DNA from: Euryarchaeota archaeon UBA171 | Lineage (GTDB): Archaea > Thermoplasmatota > Poseidoniia > Poseidoniales > Thalassarchaeaceae | Length of the DNA stretch: 64,000 nucleotides | Reading direction: 5' to 3' | NCBI GenBank assembly: GCA_002497295.1 | Contig: DANO01000018.1 | Coordinates: forward strand, 11,909 to 75,908 | Part shown: positions 18,758 through 28,074 of the stretch, piece by piece | How positions within the stretch are numbered: the first letter of the stretch is position 1 | Layout of the letters: each line of letters begins with the position of its first letter | Program-made: the position numbers and the translations under genes | Notes under the pieces: generated by a model | What the model saw: the letters and a program-made list of their open reading frames with translations, nothing else | The model's database searches: none | Told to the model about the DNA's origin: nothing

Positions 18758-19240
18758 TCAAGACCATCTGTGAAATGCTGGATGACCTTCTTTAACCGCA
18801 ACAAAAAGTCCCTTACCTTCTGCACATAGGATTCCGTCCGCCTCAAGAGTCATCTCGATTTTTATCCGATCATCCCACTTTGATTCATCCACTGCCTTCG
18901 CCCTGATGGTCAATTTTGAGTCTGAAGGAGTCGGCCTTCTTAGATTGACAGTGTAACTAGCAGTTACTGTGCATGGAGGCTCATCCAAACCATCTCTGTC
19001 CATGATTGCGATTGCAGCAGCCCAATTCCCATGACAATCAAGCAGAGTTCCTATTATACCACCATTCACCATGCCTGGAAATGCTTGATGCTCCGGCGAA
19101 GTATCAAATTCCATTATGAGGCCATCTTCTGAACGAAAAGACCTGATTCTTAGACCGTTTAGGTTGGAAGGGCCACAACCAAAGCAGATGCTGTTACTAG
19201 CGTACTTTTCTTGAACAGACATATCGCCCACATTACTCAT
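18758..19240 (-). CDS. PaaI-family hotdog-fold thioesterase
   Basis: CFGCGPSNLNGLRIRSF followed by GMVNGGIIGTLLDCHG is typical of PaaI/DUF4442-type thioesterases; 160 aa. Confidence 0.7.
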   Translation of the reverse strand: MSNVGDMSVQEKYASNSICFGCGPSNLNGLRIRSFRSEDGLIMEFDTSPEHQAFPGMVNGGIIGTLLDCHGNWAAAIAIMDRDGLDEPPCTVTASYTVNLRRPTPSDSKLTIRAKAVDESKWDDRIKIEMTLEADGILCAEGKGLFVAVKEGHPAFHRWS

Positions 19241-19294
19241 ATTCGCCTTCTAAAAGAATACGAATTCAATCATTGCGGAAATAATCCTCCCTCA

Positions 19295-20659
19295 GTGCCA
19301 CTTATCTCGGACCCCCACCTCCCATGGACGTTGAGTGACGATTCTGGAACTGAAGATCCCAAAAAAGGAGTCAAACGCGCTTCGAAGAGGCGCAGATCCT
19401 CCTTGAAGGTGGTAAACCATATACCGAAGAGGAGACGAAGAGAGATTGAAGACGCAACTGAAGAAAAATCTTCTAGCCCAGAGGCATGGTCTCGAAAATC
19501 TGGTCAGAAAAATCACAAGATTGAACGTAGAATGACCAAACCGGGCGTTGTCCGTACCATACCATTCGACTTGATAGATACTGAGATCGGTGAATCTTGG
19601 TCGATACCGATAACCGTTGTCCACGGGACTAGGCCGGGACCGACAGTAACCCTTCTTGGGGCTGTACATGGGAATGAATTGGTAGGCCCGCAGGCACTCA
19701 CCTTCCTTCAATCGAGCCAGATACTCGGGGAAGGCAAGGCGATTGACGCTGGTGTGATGGCGGGAACACTGAGAATAGTACCGATAGTCAATCTCCCTGG
19801 TTACAGGAGGAGAACACGATATATTCCTGATGGAAGAGATTTGAATCGATTTTTTCCAGGGAGGGGTGGAGGGAATACCACGCAGAGGATAGCCTTGAGA
19901 TTGTGGGAACACCTCGCCAAGACTAGCGACTTCATAATTGATCTACATTCAGCAGCAAGCGGCAGGACGAATCTCCCCCACATACGGGCGAATCTTGCCC
20001 ATCCGCCCAGTAGCATGCTTGCAAGGGCCTTTGGAACTGAAGTGCTTCTTGATGGCCTCGGGCCAAGAGGTTCCCTGAGAAGAGTTTCTAATGAGCATAA
20101 TCTTGGATGCATAACATTCGAAGGAGGCGGTGCAGATTCACTAGATTCAGATGCTGTACAAGTTGCAACATATGGCATATTGAACATACTTCGATATCTG
20201 CATATGATCCCCGGGTATCCGAGCAGTCCAAGATTCAGACTCTTAGCATCCGGCTCAATATGGATACGATCTGATCACGGAGGACTCCTTGATGTATTGG
20301 CTCCTGTTGGCTCTGTAATAGAAGAAGATGAAGTCGTTGCTACTGTAACTGACCCAGAGCATGCTAGGGAATCTGTAGAGATCCGTTCCCCGGGAAGAGG
20401 TCTGTTGATCGGAATGGCCACTCACCCATTCGTTACATCCGGAACTCCCATTGGGCATCTTCTCCCGCTGAAGAGAGGGTTATCGACCATAAAAAGTAGA
20501 CTAGACGAAGACGATGTGCTAATTCTTAGTGGAGTACTCGAAGACCCGATTTGGCGAGAAGAAGATACGGAAGACATAGATCTCGAGTCATTGGATGAAC
20601 CTTCTCCAGATGGCTGGGCCAGCGTTGATGATCCGATGCTCGAAGAGGAAGACGATTGA
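19295..20659 (+). CDS. Succinylglutamate desuccinylase/aspartoacylase (AstE/AspA, M14-like) family deacylase with K/R-rich N-terminal extension and acidic C-terminal tail
   Basis: Core motifs LLGAVHGNELVG (zinc His/Glu), IIDLHSA, and the C-terminal beta domain. The ORF is open from TTG 19211, which would overlap the divergent thioesterase start. GTG 19295 leaves a 54-nt divergent spacer similar to others in this window. ATG 19532 (MTKPGVV) is the conservative alternative start. Confidence 0.7.
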   Translation: MPLISDPHLPWTLSDDSGTEDPKKGVKRASKRRRSSLKVVNHIPKRRRREIEDATEEKSSSPEAWSRKSGQKNHKIERRMTKPGVVRTIPFDLIDTEIGESWSIPITVVHGTRPGPTVTLLGAVHGNELVGPQALTFLQSSQILGEGKAIDAGVMAGTLRIVPIVNLPGYRRRTRYIPDGRDLNRFFPGRGGGNTTQRIALRLWEHLAKTSDFIIDLHSAASGRTNLPHIRANLAHPPSSMLARAFGTEVLLDGLGPRGSLRRVSNEHNLGCITFEGGGADSLDSDAVQVATYGILNILRYLHMIPGYPSSPRFRLLASGSIWIRSDHGGLLDVLAPVGSVIEEDEVVATVTDPEHARESVEIRSPGRGLLIGMATHPFVTSGTPIGHLLPLKRGLSTIKSRLDEDDVLILSGVLEDPIWREEDTEDIDLESLDEPSPDGWASVDDPMLEEEDD

Positions 20660-20669
20660 AACGATAATT

Positions 20670-23600
20670 TCAGTTACGATTGAAATCTGGAGCACGAGGT
20701 ATATTCTTCGGAGCCGAAGCCTCGTGAATATGTTCTTCTGAGAATCCATACGCCTCAAGTGCCTCTTTCAGAACAGATCTTCTCCTAGAGACCATTCCAG
20801 TAACTACAACGGATATTGCTAGAATTACTAGGATGCAACCGATAATTGCGAACCCAAGAGGCCCGCTAATCACATCCAACAATTGCTCTGACAGAGTCGG
20901 GGGTTCAGACCAAGTCCGAATATCAAGACTCCATACAAGAATCGTCTGAATTCCAGAGTCAACTACGCGGAGCTCAAGCATATGTAATTCGGACGATTCG
21001 CAAAGTATACTCAGGATGTCATCTTCAGTACATCCAAGGGGATCGATTTCGATCGAACCAAAACCTCCTGTTTCATATTGATTGAGTGGAATTCCGTTCA
21101 AAGACCAATACATCGTTGCATTGACTCCTTCTGGGATACTCGGAGCCATTATGGCCATGGACTCATTAGACGCCTCCCACACAATCGTAGCACCAATAGT
21201 GTGCCCGAGTTCTGAAAATCGATCGATACCCTCATCCACCAATGCATTACAGTTCTGATCAAAACCGTCCCAAAGCTCATCCGCATCAGGTCTTATCTTG
21301 GGGTCAAGATCATCACAATCATCGAACCAGTAGTATCCATCCCCGTCTTCATCAGAGTCGAATGATTTTGGGTCAGTTTCGAATAGCAACACCTCGTCTC
21401 CATCACTCATTAAATCACCATCCGTATCGTAATCCAATGGCTGAGTATCGTAGACATGTACCTCATCATAGTCTGAAAGGCCATCCCCATCGCTATCCAA
21501 GTCAATGAAGTCCTCGTCGGAGAAACCATCGCAATCATTGTCTTTTTTATCTAAGATCTCTACTCCAACAGGAGACGATTCCGAATCTTGATCATCACAG
21601 TCCTCGAACCAATAGAAACCATCAGCATCCTCGTCATTATCGAAAACAAGGGGGTCGGTGGAACTTATGCCGATTTCATATCCATCCGAAAGGCCATCCC
21701 CGTCCGAGTCGGGATGGAATGGATTGGTGAATCGTACATTGAATTCTTCGTAGTCGGAAAGGCCATCTGAATCGGAGTCTGCATCGAGATAGTTCTCATC
21801 GACTTCATTATCGCAGTCATTATCGATTCCATCCAAGTATTCCAAAGCATCTGGTGACACTAGGGGATTTGAATCATCACAGTCCTCGAACCAATATCTG
21901 CCATCAGAGTCTGAATCCTCATCAGCAAGTAGGGGATCTGTGAAGTAAATTAGAATCTCATCTCCATCCGAGAGCCCGTCATCGTCTGAATCATGGTCGA
22001 GATAATCCGTACTATGGATGTGAAATTCGGGCCAATCCTTCAATCCGTCACCATCCCTATCGGTGAAATTGTATCCCTCATCGATTACCTGATCACAATC
22101 GTCATCGACACCATTCAGAATATCTGGCCTACCGGGATTTACTCCGGGATCTGAATCGTCACAATCATCGAAATGATAGTACAAATCACCATCAGCATCC
22201 GGATCAAATATCAATGGGTCACTTCCATAGATTACGATTTCTTGTCCATCTAGTAGCCCATCCCCGTCAGTATCAGAGTCCAGTGGATCCGTGAGGAAAT
22301 TTTCTACTTCATCGCCATCTAGTAATCCGTCAATATCACTATCCGACACCAGTGGATCTGTGCCGCTCTCAACTTCGAAGGCATCATCGAGACCATCGTC
22401 ATCAGTGTCTGATTCATATGGATCCGTACCGTAAACATTGATCTCATCCACTGTCAGAAGACCGTCATCATCATGATCGCTCTCAAGATCAACGCCATGC
22501 ATGGTCAGGCTCCATGAGTTCAAAGTCCCCGTAACTCCTGGCGAGGAGTCTTTCAACCTCAATATCCAGTTACCTGCAGAAGATTCTCCCCAGTGATGGA
22601 CACTTCCGTAGACCCAATCCTGGATATCATCTCCAGTATCTCCATTTGAACTCCTGAGAACCGAGGTGGTTCCAACAGGAGAAACCAATTCAATATCGAG
22701 GTCTCCTCTGTTCGAATGTGATATATCCACCATGATGCTTACCGACTCGATACTTATGTTGTCTGTAACTGTGAATTGAGATTCGACCCATCCGCTCTCT
22801 TCAGAGATCGGTAGAGACGTTGTTGTCGGCCCATATGTAGCGTTCGACTCAGGTACTAAGTTGGACCAATTCGCCGCCATGGAGGTCGCTGCCCCTGCAT
22901 CTATGACTCCAAATCCATACTTATGTGAAACGAGATGACCTGCACCATTAGGTGCCCAAGAGGTATCGGTAACATGATTCTTTTTCGAGGTTAAAACAAT
23001 GATCTCTTGAACATCTCTCCACGATAGATTCTCATTAGCTTCAAGCATAAGTGAGATAACACCAGATACCAAAGGGGTTGCACTCGAGGTCCCTCCAAAG
23101 GAATCTGTCACATCGCCACCGTTATACCCTGAAGATCCAGCTACATCTGTTGTAGTTATGCCTTCGCCATCTCCATCCGAGGGAGCAGCCACAAGGATAT
23201 TCGCTCCAGGTTCAGCGTACCATGACTGTACACCATTATGATCCACTGCTGTTACGGCGATCGTGAATCTATTGTTTGTGAATCCATCCGCATTCGAATC
23301 ATCATCATTCTGTAGTCCATTTCCTGCTGCGAAGGTGTAGATGTTCCCCAATCCTCCTCGTCCATTGTATGCCCCATTCTCGATTGCTGAAAGTGTCAAT
23401 GGACCCGGCCCCGAAATAGTCGCACCATTGTCAGAGGGTCCCCATGAGTTCGAGTAGATGTCGATATCTTGAGGCATGTAGCCAAGTGCAGAAGCATCCA
23501 ATGAATCACCGCCCCAACATGCAATTAGCCTGCTTCCTGCCAGATTTGCCCCGAACCCTGCTCCCGTAACGTCCACTCCATTATTTCCCGTGGCTGCCGC

Positions 23601-24266
23601 CACTCCCCCTGCAGCGGTTCCATGAGCATCGTTTCCAGATGGGGTGGGGTCCGAGTCCGAATCGCAGAAATCATATGACGTCGAGGCTTGATAATTGGGG
23701 CTGAGATCCGGATGTGCATGGTCAAGGCCATCATCGATAATCGAGATGGTCACTCCTGAACCATTGTAGGAGTTCCACACTCCTGTGATGTTCACGTCTT
23801 CCCCTTGCAACCCTCCTGTTTGCCCAGTGTTGGAGAGATGCCATTGTTCGGGAAAATCAGGGTCGTTTGGGATTAACCTGGGCGTCTTCTGATGCTGCTT
23901 ATCGGGTATGAACAACTCGATGAAGTCTAAATCCTCCAGCCTCTCAAGCACTTCCAAAGATTTAGCAGATTTGTAAGGTGTCCACACATATGTTCCATCC
24001 ATCCAATCCACGTCGTCCAAATGTCCGCTTGGTAGGACATCAATGAGGAAATTCTTTTCCTCTCCACTCAGAACTATCCAACTACCATTATGTCCCTCAT
24101 ATGAATCATAATCCGAAAGGGCTCTTTCAAAGGCTGCCGCCACCCTCGGAGAAAACTCTTCTAGAATCCTGTACTCGTCAGAAGAATCGGCAGAAACCAA
24201 TTCCCCTGCCACGCTTCCCATGGGCGATAAAATCAAGATAAAGAACATCGCTATTGAGTATCGCAC
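20670..24266 (-). CDS. Secreted kexin/proprotein-convertase-like subtilase (S8) with P-domain, acidic Ca-binding repeat region and C-terminal TM anchor
   Basis: Signal peptide MFFILILSPMGSVAG. Catalytic triad contexts SIIDDGLDHAHPDL, HGTAAGGVAA, GGTSSATPLVSGV. P-domain-like DISHSNRGDLDIELVSPVGTTSVL...GNWILRLKDSSPGVTGTLNSWSLTMHG. Many DxDxDGLxDxxE/TDP repeats and four YWFEDCDD...DNDCD modules. The anchor GFAIIGCILVILAISVVVTGMV is followed by SRRR. Confidence 0.85.
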   Translation of the reverse strand: MRYSIAMFFILILSPMGSVAGELVSADSSDEYRILEEFSPRVAAAFERALSDYDSYEGHNGSWIVLSGEEKNFLIDVLPSGHLDDVDWMDGTYVWTPYKSAKSLEVLERLEDLDFIELFIPDKQHQKTPRLIPNDPDFPEQWHLSNTGQTGGLQGEDVNITGVWNSYNGSGVTISIIDDGLDHAHPDLSPNYQASTSYDFCDSDSDPTPSGNDAHGTAAGGVAAATGNNGVDVTGAGFGANLAGSRLIACWGGDSLDASALGYMPQDIDIYSNSWGPSDNGATISGPGPLTLSAIENGAYNGRGGLGNIYTFAAGNGLQNDDDSNADGFTNNRFTIAVTAVDHNGVQSWYAEPGANILVAAPSDGDGEGITTTDVAGSSGYNGGDVTDSFGGTSSATPLVSGVISLMLEANENLSWRDVQEIIVLTSKKNHVTDTSWAPNGAGHLVSHKYGFGVIDAGAATSMAANWSNLVPESNATYGPTTTSLPISEESGWVESQFTVTDNISIESVSIMVDISHSNRGDLDIELVSPVGTTSVLRSSNGDTGDDIQDWVYGSVHHWGESSAGNWILRLKDSSPGVTGTLNSWSLTMHGVDLESDHDDDGLLTVDEINVYGTDPYESDTDDDGLDDAFEVESGTDPLVSDSDIDGLLDGDEVENFLTDPLDSDTDGDGLLDGQEIVIYGSDPLIFDPDADGDLYYHFDDCDDSDPGVNPGRPDILNGVDDDCDQVIDEGYNFTDRDGDGLKDWPEFHIHSTDYLDHDSDDDGLSDGDEILIYFTDPLLADEDSDSDGRYWFEDCDDSNPLVSPDALEYLDGIDNDCDNEVDENYLDADSDSDGLSDYEEFNVRFTNPFHPDSDGDGLSDGYEIGISSTDPLVFDNDEDADGFYWFEDCDDQDSESSPVGVEILDKKDNDCDGFSDEDFIDLDSDGDGLSDYDEVHVYDTQPLDYDTDGDLMSDGDEVLLFETDPKSFDSDEDGDGYYWFDDCDDLDPKIRPDADELWDGFDQNCNALVDEGIDRFSELGHTIGATIVWEASNESMAIMAPSIPEGVNATMYWSLNGIPLNQYETGGFGSIEIDPLGCTEDDILSILCESSELHMLELRVVDSGIQTILVWSLDIRTWSEPPTLSEQLLDVISGPLGFAIIGCILVILAISVVVTGMVSRRRSVLKEALEAYGFSEEHIHEASAPKNIPRAPDFNRN
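21224..22480 (-). repeat. In-frame tandem repeat region inside the protease gene: four 282-nt (94-codon) modules plus flanking thrombospondin-type-3-like acidic repeats
   Basis: The 24-mer atcatcacagtcctcgaaccaata occurs exactly at 21591-21614 and 21873-21896. Diverged copies start at 21309 and 22155, giving a period of exactly 282 nt. The reverse complement encodes YWFEDCDD. Confidence 0.8.
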
Positions 24267-24294
24267 ATCCTCAGGACTCCGAACATGGTAAAAA

Positions 24295-25554
24295 TCAGAC
24301 CGCTTCTTTGTGCGTCTTGATTGCAGAGAAGATCTCTTCCTCAGTCATGAGTCTTCTTTGTGATTTTGCCACGTTGAATAAGTGGTCAACCAATGATGAA
24401 GATTCTTCGATGCCGTTTTGATTCAGCCAGTGTATGATATTTGATCGACCGCTCATATGCCCAATTCGTATGACTTGATGAAGGCCAAAGTCACCTGCAG
24501 GGACTCCCGAGTAAACTCTGTCCGCAAGCCAATCATCGCCTTTCTTCATGGCTTTTATGACGGCAGAAGCATGTACACCAGTACCAGTCTCAAATGCATC
24601 ATCTCCGAAGATCGGATAATTTCTTGGCAATGGTACTTCGATGTACTCATTAGCCTTCTTCATGTAGTTATTCAGACCGGTTAGATCGTTCGAAATTACG
24701 CCCATCAGACTTAGGTTGACGAGAGTCTGATCAATAGGGGCATTACCCGATCTCTCTCCCACCCCCAATGCAGTGCCGTGTATTACGTCGGCCCCAGATT
24801 CAACTGCTGCGAGATTGTTTGCAACTCCGAGACCGCGGTCTTGATGCCCGTGCCAGTTCACTTCTATATCGCGACGTTTTGCACCTGAGTCTGGTATCAC
24901 TTCTTGTTCTATGAATGACATCAGATTACGCACTCCATTGGGAGTGACGTGACCGCAAGTGTCACAGATGCAAATCCTATCTGCACCAAGCTCAATTGCT
25001 CTTGTGTAAACTGCCTTGATGTCCTCCGGACGACTCCTAGTCGTATCTTCGGTGACGAACATTACGGGAATATCGTTGTCGATTGCAAAATCGACTGCTT
25101 TCTCCGCAGTTTTCATGATTTTATCCATCGTCCAGTTTTCAGCATATTGGCGAATAGGAGACGTACCGAGAAAGGCACTTGCTTGTATCTGACGTTCATG
25201 TTTTGCCTGTAGATCGACAAGAGGTTCAATATCTGACACTAAGGTCCTAACAGCACAACCGGGACGTATCGAATAGTCGTTCTCCCCCATATGCCCAAGC
25301 ATCGAATCTATGTGCTCAACATGATATGGGCCTGCACCCGGCAGACCAAGGTCAACTTTCTGAATTCCCAGTCCTTCCATGCAATCCAGAAGTTCGATTT
25401 TTTGCTCTATCGTAGGATTCCTAGCGCTCGGGCTTTGCAAACCATCTCTTAGGGTCTCATCGTCGAACCATATAGGATGAGGGTGTTTGCCCGAATCCCT
25501 CTGTAATTCAGGCTTTATTTTATTCCAGTCGTAGATCAATTCCCGCTCGTCCAT
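24295..25554 (-). CDS. HMGL-like (DRE-TIM) 2-isopropylmalate/homocitrate/citramalate synthase family protein
   Basis: FDDETLRDGLQSP, HGHQDRGLGVANNLAAVESGADVIHGTALGVGERSGNAPI. At 419 aa it has no LeuA-type regulatory domain. Substrate cannot be assigned. Confidence 0.7.
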   Translation of the reverse strand: MDERELIYDWNKIKPELQRDSGKHPHPIWFDDETLRDGLQSPSARNPTIEQKIELLDCMEGLGIQKVDLGLPGAGPYHVEHIDSMLGHMGENDYSIRPGCAVRTLVSDIEPLVDLQAKHERQIQASAFLGTSPIRQYAENWTMDKIMKTAEKAVDFAIDNDIPVMFVTEDTTRSRPEDIKAVYTRAIELGADRICICDTCGHVTPNGVRNLMSFIEQEVIPDSGAKRRDIEVNWHGHQDRGLGVANNLAAVESGADVIHGTALGVGERSGNAPIDQTLVNLSLMGVISNDLTGLNNYMKKANEYIEVPLPRNYPIFGDDAFETGTGVHASAVIKAMKKGDDWLADRVYSGVPAGDFGLHQVIRIGHMSGRSNIIHWLNQNGIEESSSLVDHLFNVAKSQRRLMTEEEIFSAIKTHKEAV

Positions 25555-25608
25555 CTTCTACGCCGTCCTTCCTACCGTACTGGATGTGTTTCAAGCATTC
25601 GGAGGAAA

Positions 25609-26697
25609 TCACACAAATGGTTTCCCCGTTTCTGAGAATTTCTTCTCACTCCTTACTATGACCAAAGCAGCTAATATCGAACCAATAATCGAGCCAAAAT
25701 CTCCTGACGACGCAAATAGCGCCATGAGGAACATGAGTCCAAGATACAGCTGGGACACCCAGAATGAACGAGCTGCCTTCGGCATCCTGCCCGTGTTATC
25801 CATCTCTTCATCATGATCTAACACAAAAAGAGTCTTGACATACCATATTGCTACGAATAACGAACCAATTAGAAAAGATATGGATGCAATCGAGTCATTC
25901 CCGGAGAATATCAGATACGGCCCAACGAATGAAGTTAGAAGTAGAAGACAGCCATATACGCGCATTTCAAGGATTGTTCTCTTGAATCCCTTGACACCAG
26001 GCATCATAGGAACCCCAACATCATGATACTCCTTTGATTTGTACAGCGCTAAGGCCCAGAAATGAGGAGGCGTCCATAGGAATATCAGAGCTACCATGTA
26101 GTATGGGACAAAACTTCCAGTATCCAAAGATGAACTAACCAATGGCACCACTCCAGACCAATCTAGGGAAGATGGGCCCGCGGCCACCCACCATCCAATA
26201 AGAGGGGGTGTTGATCCTGCGAGACCTCCAATAACTATGTTCTGAACAGTACTCCTCTTGAGCCATATTGTGTATACGAAGACATAGAAAAGAATACTAA
26301 AAGCTGCCCAGAACGCTGCAATTTCACCGGCCATTATCGTAAACCAAACAACACCTAGCAGGGAAATTGATACCCCAAAAAGCAGTGCTCCATTTGCACT
26401 GATGGCCCCTGAGGGAATAGGACGTTTACTCGTGCGCCTCATTTTTGGATCTATATCGCGATCATACCACATGTTGATTGCGTTCGCCCCCCCTGCTGTT
26501 AGATATCCTCCCAGGACGGTTATGCCCACTGATTGCATGGTATGGCCAATGCTGGGTCTGGCATCCAAGGTCAAATCATGTATCAGAACGGCACATACTG
26601 CAGTGACTTGGAGGAGTATTACTACTCCTGGCTTTGTCAACCGAAGCCATGCCATCATGATCCGCGACTCCCCCCTGAGCCTATGAAGAAGTACCAT
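25609..26697 (-). CDS. ctaB: Protoheme IX farnesyltransferase (heme O synthase)
   Basis: UbiA-family motifs NMWYDRDIDPKMRRTSKRPIPSG and TPPHFWALAL, with extra C-terminal TM helices. Overlaps ctaA by 17 nt if the first start is used; alternative start MMAWLRLTKPGV is near 26658. Confidence 0.85.
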   Translation of the reverse strand: MVLLHRLRGESRIMMAWLRLTKPGVVILLQVTAVCAVLIHDLTLDARPSIGHTMQSVGITVLGGYLTAGGANAINMWYDRDIDPKMRRTSKRPIPSGAISANGALLFGVSISLLGVVWFTIMAGEIAAFWAAFSILFYVFVYTIWLKRSTVQNIVIGGLAGSTPPLIGWWVAAGPSSLDWSGVVPLVSSSLDTGSFVPYYMVALIFLWTPPHFWALALYKSKEYHDVGVPMMPGVKGFKRTILEMRVYGCLLLLTSFVGPYLIFSGNDSIASISFLIGSLFVAIWYVKTLFVLDHDEEMDNTGRMPKAARSFWVSQLYLGLMFLMALFASSGDFGSIIGSILAALVIVRSEKKFSETGKPFV

Positions 26698-27778
26698 CGT
26701 AAACGGACGTCATATCTTCACGACTCGCAATCCAGATAGTCGCAAGAATAAGGAATGCAATAGACCCAATCAGCAGGTGTAAAAGTGATAGGAATTCCCA
26801 GAATGAATTGGTGAATGGATCATATGATATCACATATAGGCCACCTAATAATCCATTGAATAGGAAAACGCCCGTGGCAAGAGATACCCACTGTGCTAGC
26901 CTCCTTGATCTAGGCTCAAATGAAACATGTTTCCACGTTGTAAATGAGGCTATGAGAAGCGCAACTCCCTCTAAGGCCACGATTACACGATGAATTATCT
27001 GTGAATCAGCAGCAATGTCATCTACTGGAATTAGCAACTCGCCATGACACAGCGGCCAACTTTCGGAAATCCCTGCTACGCCGCACCCATAATTCGCACC
27101 TTCTGTCGTGGAGACATAAACTCCGATGAACACGGCTGAAAGAGCGCCCATGGATGATAATGCAACCATCCTTCTCTGTTTCGAACTCGCATATATCTGC
27201 ATCATTTCTGGTGTTTTATCAGTCTCTCTCCAACGTGACAAAAGTAACCATAAGATGCATAGAGTAAACGCCAGTGCGCTTACGAGATGGAGAGCAACCG
27301 ACCAATGTTCGTTATCCATTCTCACTGTGAGATATCCCAAGAAGCCCTGCCAAACTATCAGAATAAGGCCCAATAAACCCGCATTCCTAACTTGTCTGTC
27401 CGTACTTTGAACGCGAGTACACACCCAAAGTAAAAACATCATCGGACCCAGTAAAGCACCGGCCAATAGGCGATGGAACCACTCAGTAAAAATCTCGAAA
27501 GTAGTGTACCTGTGGGCAGCTCCGCGTGAATCCTCCTCTGCCGGATTCTCATCCCACCAAGCCTCCTGTTCATCTTCAGAGACATCAAATCCCCATGTCC
27601 CAAAGCAAGTCGGCCAGTCCGGACAAGATTCACCCGCATCATAGATGCGAATCATCCCGCCCATTGCTATGACCGATGCAGTGACGGCTAGAACGACTAT
27701 CGAGAGAGTCGTTATTGGAACACTCCCGGCGAGATTCCTTGCACCCATGCCCTCACCGAGGAGGCGGACCTGCTTCAA
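26681..27778 (-). CDS. ctaA: Heme A synthase (COX15/CtaA)
   Basis: CPDWPTCFG motif in the first loop, second Cys pair ([16 protein letters not shown]), conserved His residues in TM helices (HR, H..VALH); 365 aa, polytopic. Confidence 0.8.
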   Translation of the reverse strand: MKQVRLLGEGMGARNLAGSVPITTLSIVVLAVTASVIAMGGMIRIYDAGESCPDWPTCFGTWGFDVSEDEQEAWWDENPAEEDSRGAAHRYTTFEIFTEWFHRLLAGALLGPMMFLLWVCTRVQSTDRQVRNAGLLGLILIVWQGFLGYLTVRMDNEHWSVALHLVSALAFTLCILWLLLSRWRETDKTPEMMQIYASSKQRRMVALSSMGALSAVFIGVYVSTTEGANYGCGVAGISESWPLCHGELLIPVDDIAADSQIIHRVIVALEGVALLIASFTTWKHVSFEPRSRRLAQWVSLATGVFLFNGLLGGLYVISYDPFTNSFWEFLSLLHLLIGSIAFLILATIWIASREDMTSVYDGTSS

Positions 27779-28053
27779 TCACTCGTTTCAGCAGCTTCGA
27801 CATCGATTGGTATTCGATCAGTTTCATATTCGAGAGTTGCAATCTTGAGAGGATCAAGAACGAAGCGAACTTTTGCTTCCTCTGTTCCATACAGCTGTAT
27901 AAGTTCATGCATGAATGCCTCGCGGAGCTCTTCTTCAGAGACATAAAGAGGAGCACCCATGCTGATTTGGAGGGCCCGAGCGCCGAGAATACGAGCTTTC
28001 TCAAACCTAGTATGTGTTCGAGGCATGGTTCCAGCCGATTGTATGACGCTCAT
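27775..28053 (-). CDS. rpoK: DNA-directed RNA polymerase subunit K (Rpb6 homologue)
   Basis: [21 protein letters not shown] and later [16 protein letters not shown] match the RpoK/Rpb6 core. There is a ~25-aa insertion between the two conserved blocks. 4-nt overlap with ctaA. Confidence 0.75.
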   Translation of the reverse strand: MSVIQSAGTMPRTHTRFEKARILGARALQISMGAPLYVSEEELREAFMHELIQLYGTEEAKVRFVLDPLKIATLEYETDRIPIDVEAAETSD

Positions 28054-28074
28054 AAGGCCACCGACGTGTAATCG

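Noticed and set aside
19292-19912. 206-aa minus-strand ORF opposite the AstE/AspA-family gene
   Set aside because: It is a shadow of the + strand coding frame. Its translation is Pro/Arg/Ser-rich without motifs. I used it only as indirect support that + strand coding continues upstream of 19532.
21224-22480. Periodic DNA repeats considered as a possible CRISPR array or satellite
   Set aside because: The period is 282 nt with no short repeat/spacer alternation. The repeats are in frame within a continuous 1198-codon ORF and encode recognisable Ca-binding/Cys motifs, so they are coding-domain duplications.
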